DNA of 63,077 bases, the filler included, from Octopus bimaculoides (Eukaryota): NCBI RefSeq assembly GCF_001194135.2. It is 7 parts of 6 records of this genome, joined end to end, with 100 filler letters (N's around TTAATTAATTAA, not from the genome) between each part and the next. Parts side by side here need not be neighbours in the genome. Positions count along the whole stretch, not along the records: positions 61,195 to 63,077 come from NW_026430666.1; 6 more parts are not named here. One strand, written 5' to 3'. Position 1 is the first letter of the stretch, and each line of letters begins with the position of its first letter. Below the pieces are notes generated by a model. The model worked only from the letters and a program-made list of their open reading frames with translations, had not been told where the DNA came from and did no database searches. A program made the position numbers and the translations under genes. This document shows positions 62,556 through 63,077 of the stretch, piece by piece.

Positions 62556-62896
62556 TTTATATAAATCTTGCCTTGTATCTGCTACTACACCTTCCTCTAT
62601 CTATGTTTGTTTGTATCTCCTACAATCTATTCAAACTCTCAATCTTTCTCTCACAGTCAGACTTACACCCTCTCTATACACATCTCTCTATCTTCTCCCC
62701 CTCCCTTTGTTTCCTTACATTTAGCTTTGACTCATTGCGAGAGGAAATCCCCTTTCTGCTCTGTATTTCTCTTTCAAATTTAGTTGATATTTTCCTTCTT
62801 TAGTTTTTCCATTTGCATTTCTTCCCTCCCTTTTCTTCAATATTGATTTTTCCCACCAAATATAACAGCTGTTAAACATTCCCAATATCTCTGCCA

Positions 62897-62944
<48 letters not shown>

Positions 62945-63077
62945 ATGCATGCATGTTTTCATGTATCTATGTATATGTAGATGTGTGTATTTAAATGTAT
63001 GTATAAGTGTATGCATGTGTGTGAGTGTTTGTATGTATTGCGTATGTATTTCTGTATGATGAGTATCTGCATGTATG

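Overview
This is AT-rich, microsatellite-dense animal genomic DNA with many N gaps. The SINE/LINE repertoire suggests an octopus (coleoid cephalopod) draft assembly, which is an inference. No prokaryotic features, CRISPR arrays, rRNA or genuine tRNA genes were seen. Most of the window is intron-like and filled with decayed mobile elements: three tRNA-derived SINE families, R4/Dong-like, RTE, Tx1/L1 and Penelope retroelements, and mariner, Tc1-like, pogo, hAT-like and Helitron pieces. Reading the minus strand by hand gives candidate short AG/GT-bounded exons of an unidentified gene that the ORF track largely misses; ten of them (35753 to 3576) join in phase without a stop. The most notable non-coding signals are a complete-looking minimal hammerhead ribozyme (56231-56286, minus), a 13-bp hairpin pairing an exon with its own 5' splice site, a Penelope fragment with inverted terminal repeats, and a 1.2-kb zinc-knuckle-ORF-only insertion splitting an RTE LINE. 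All calls are by eye; no searches or folding programs were run.
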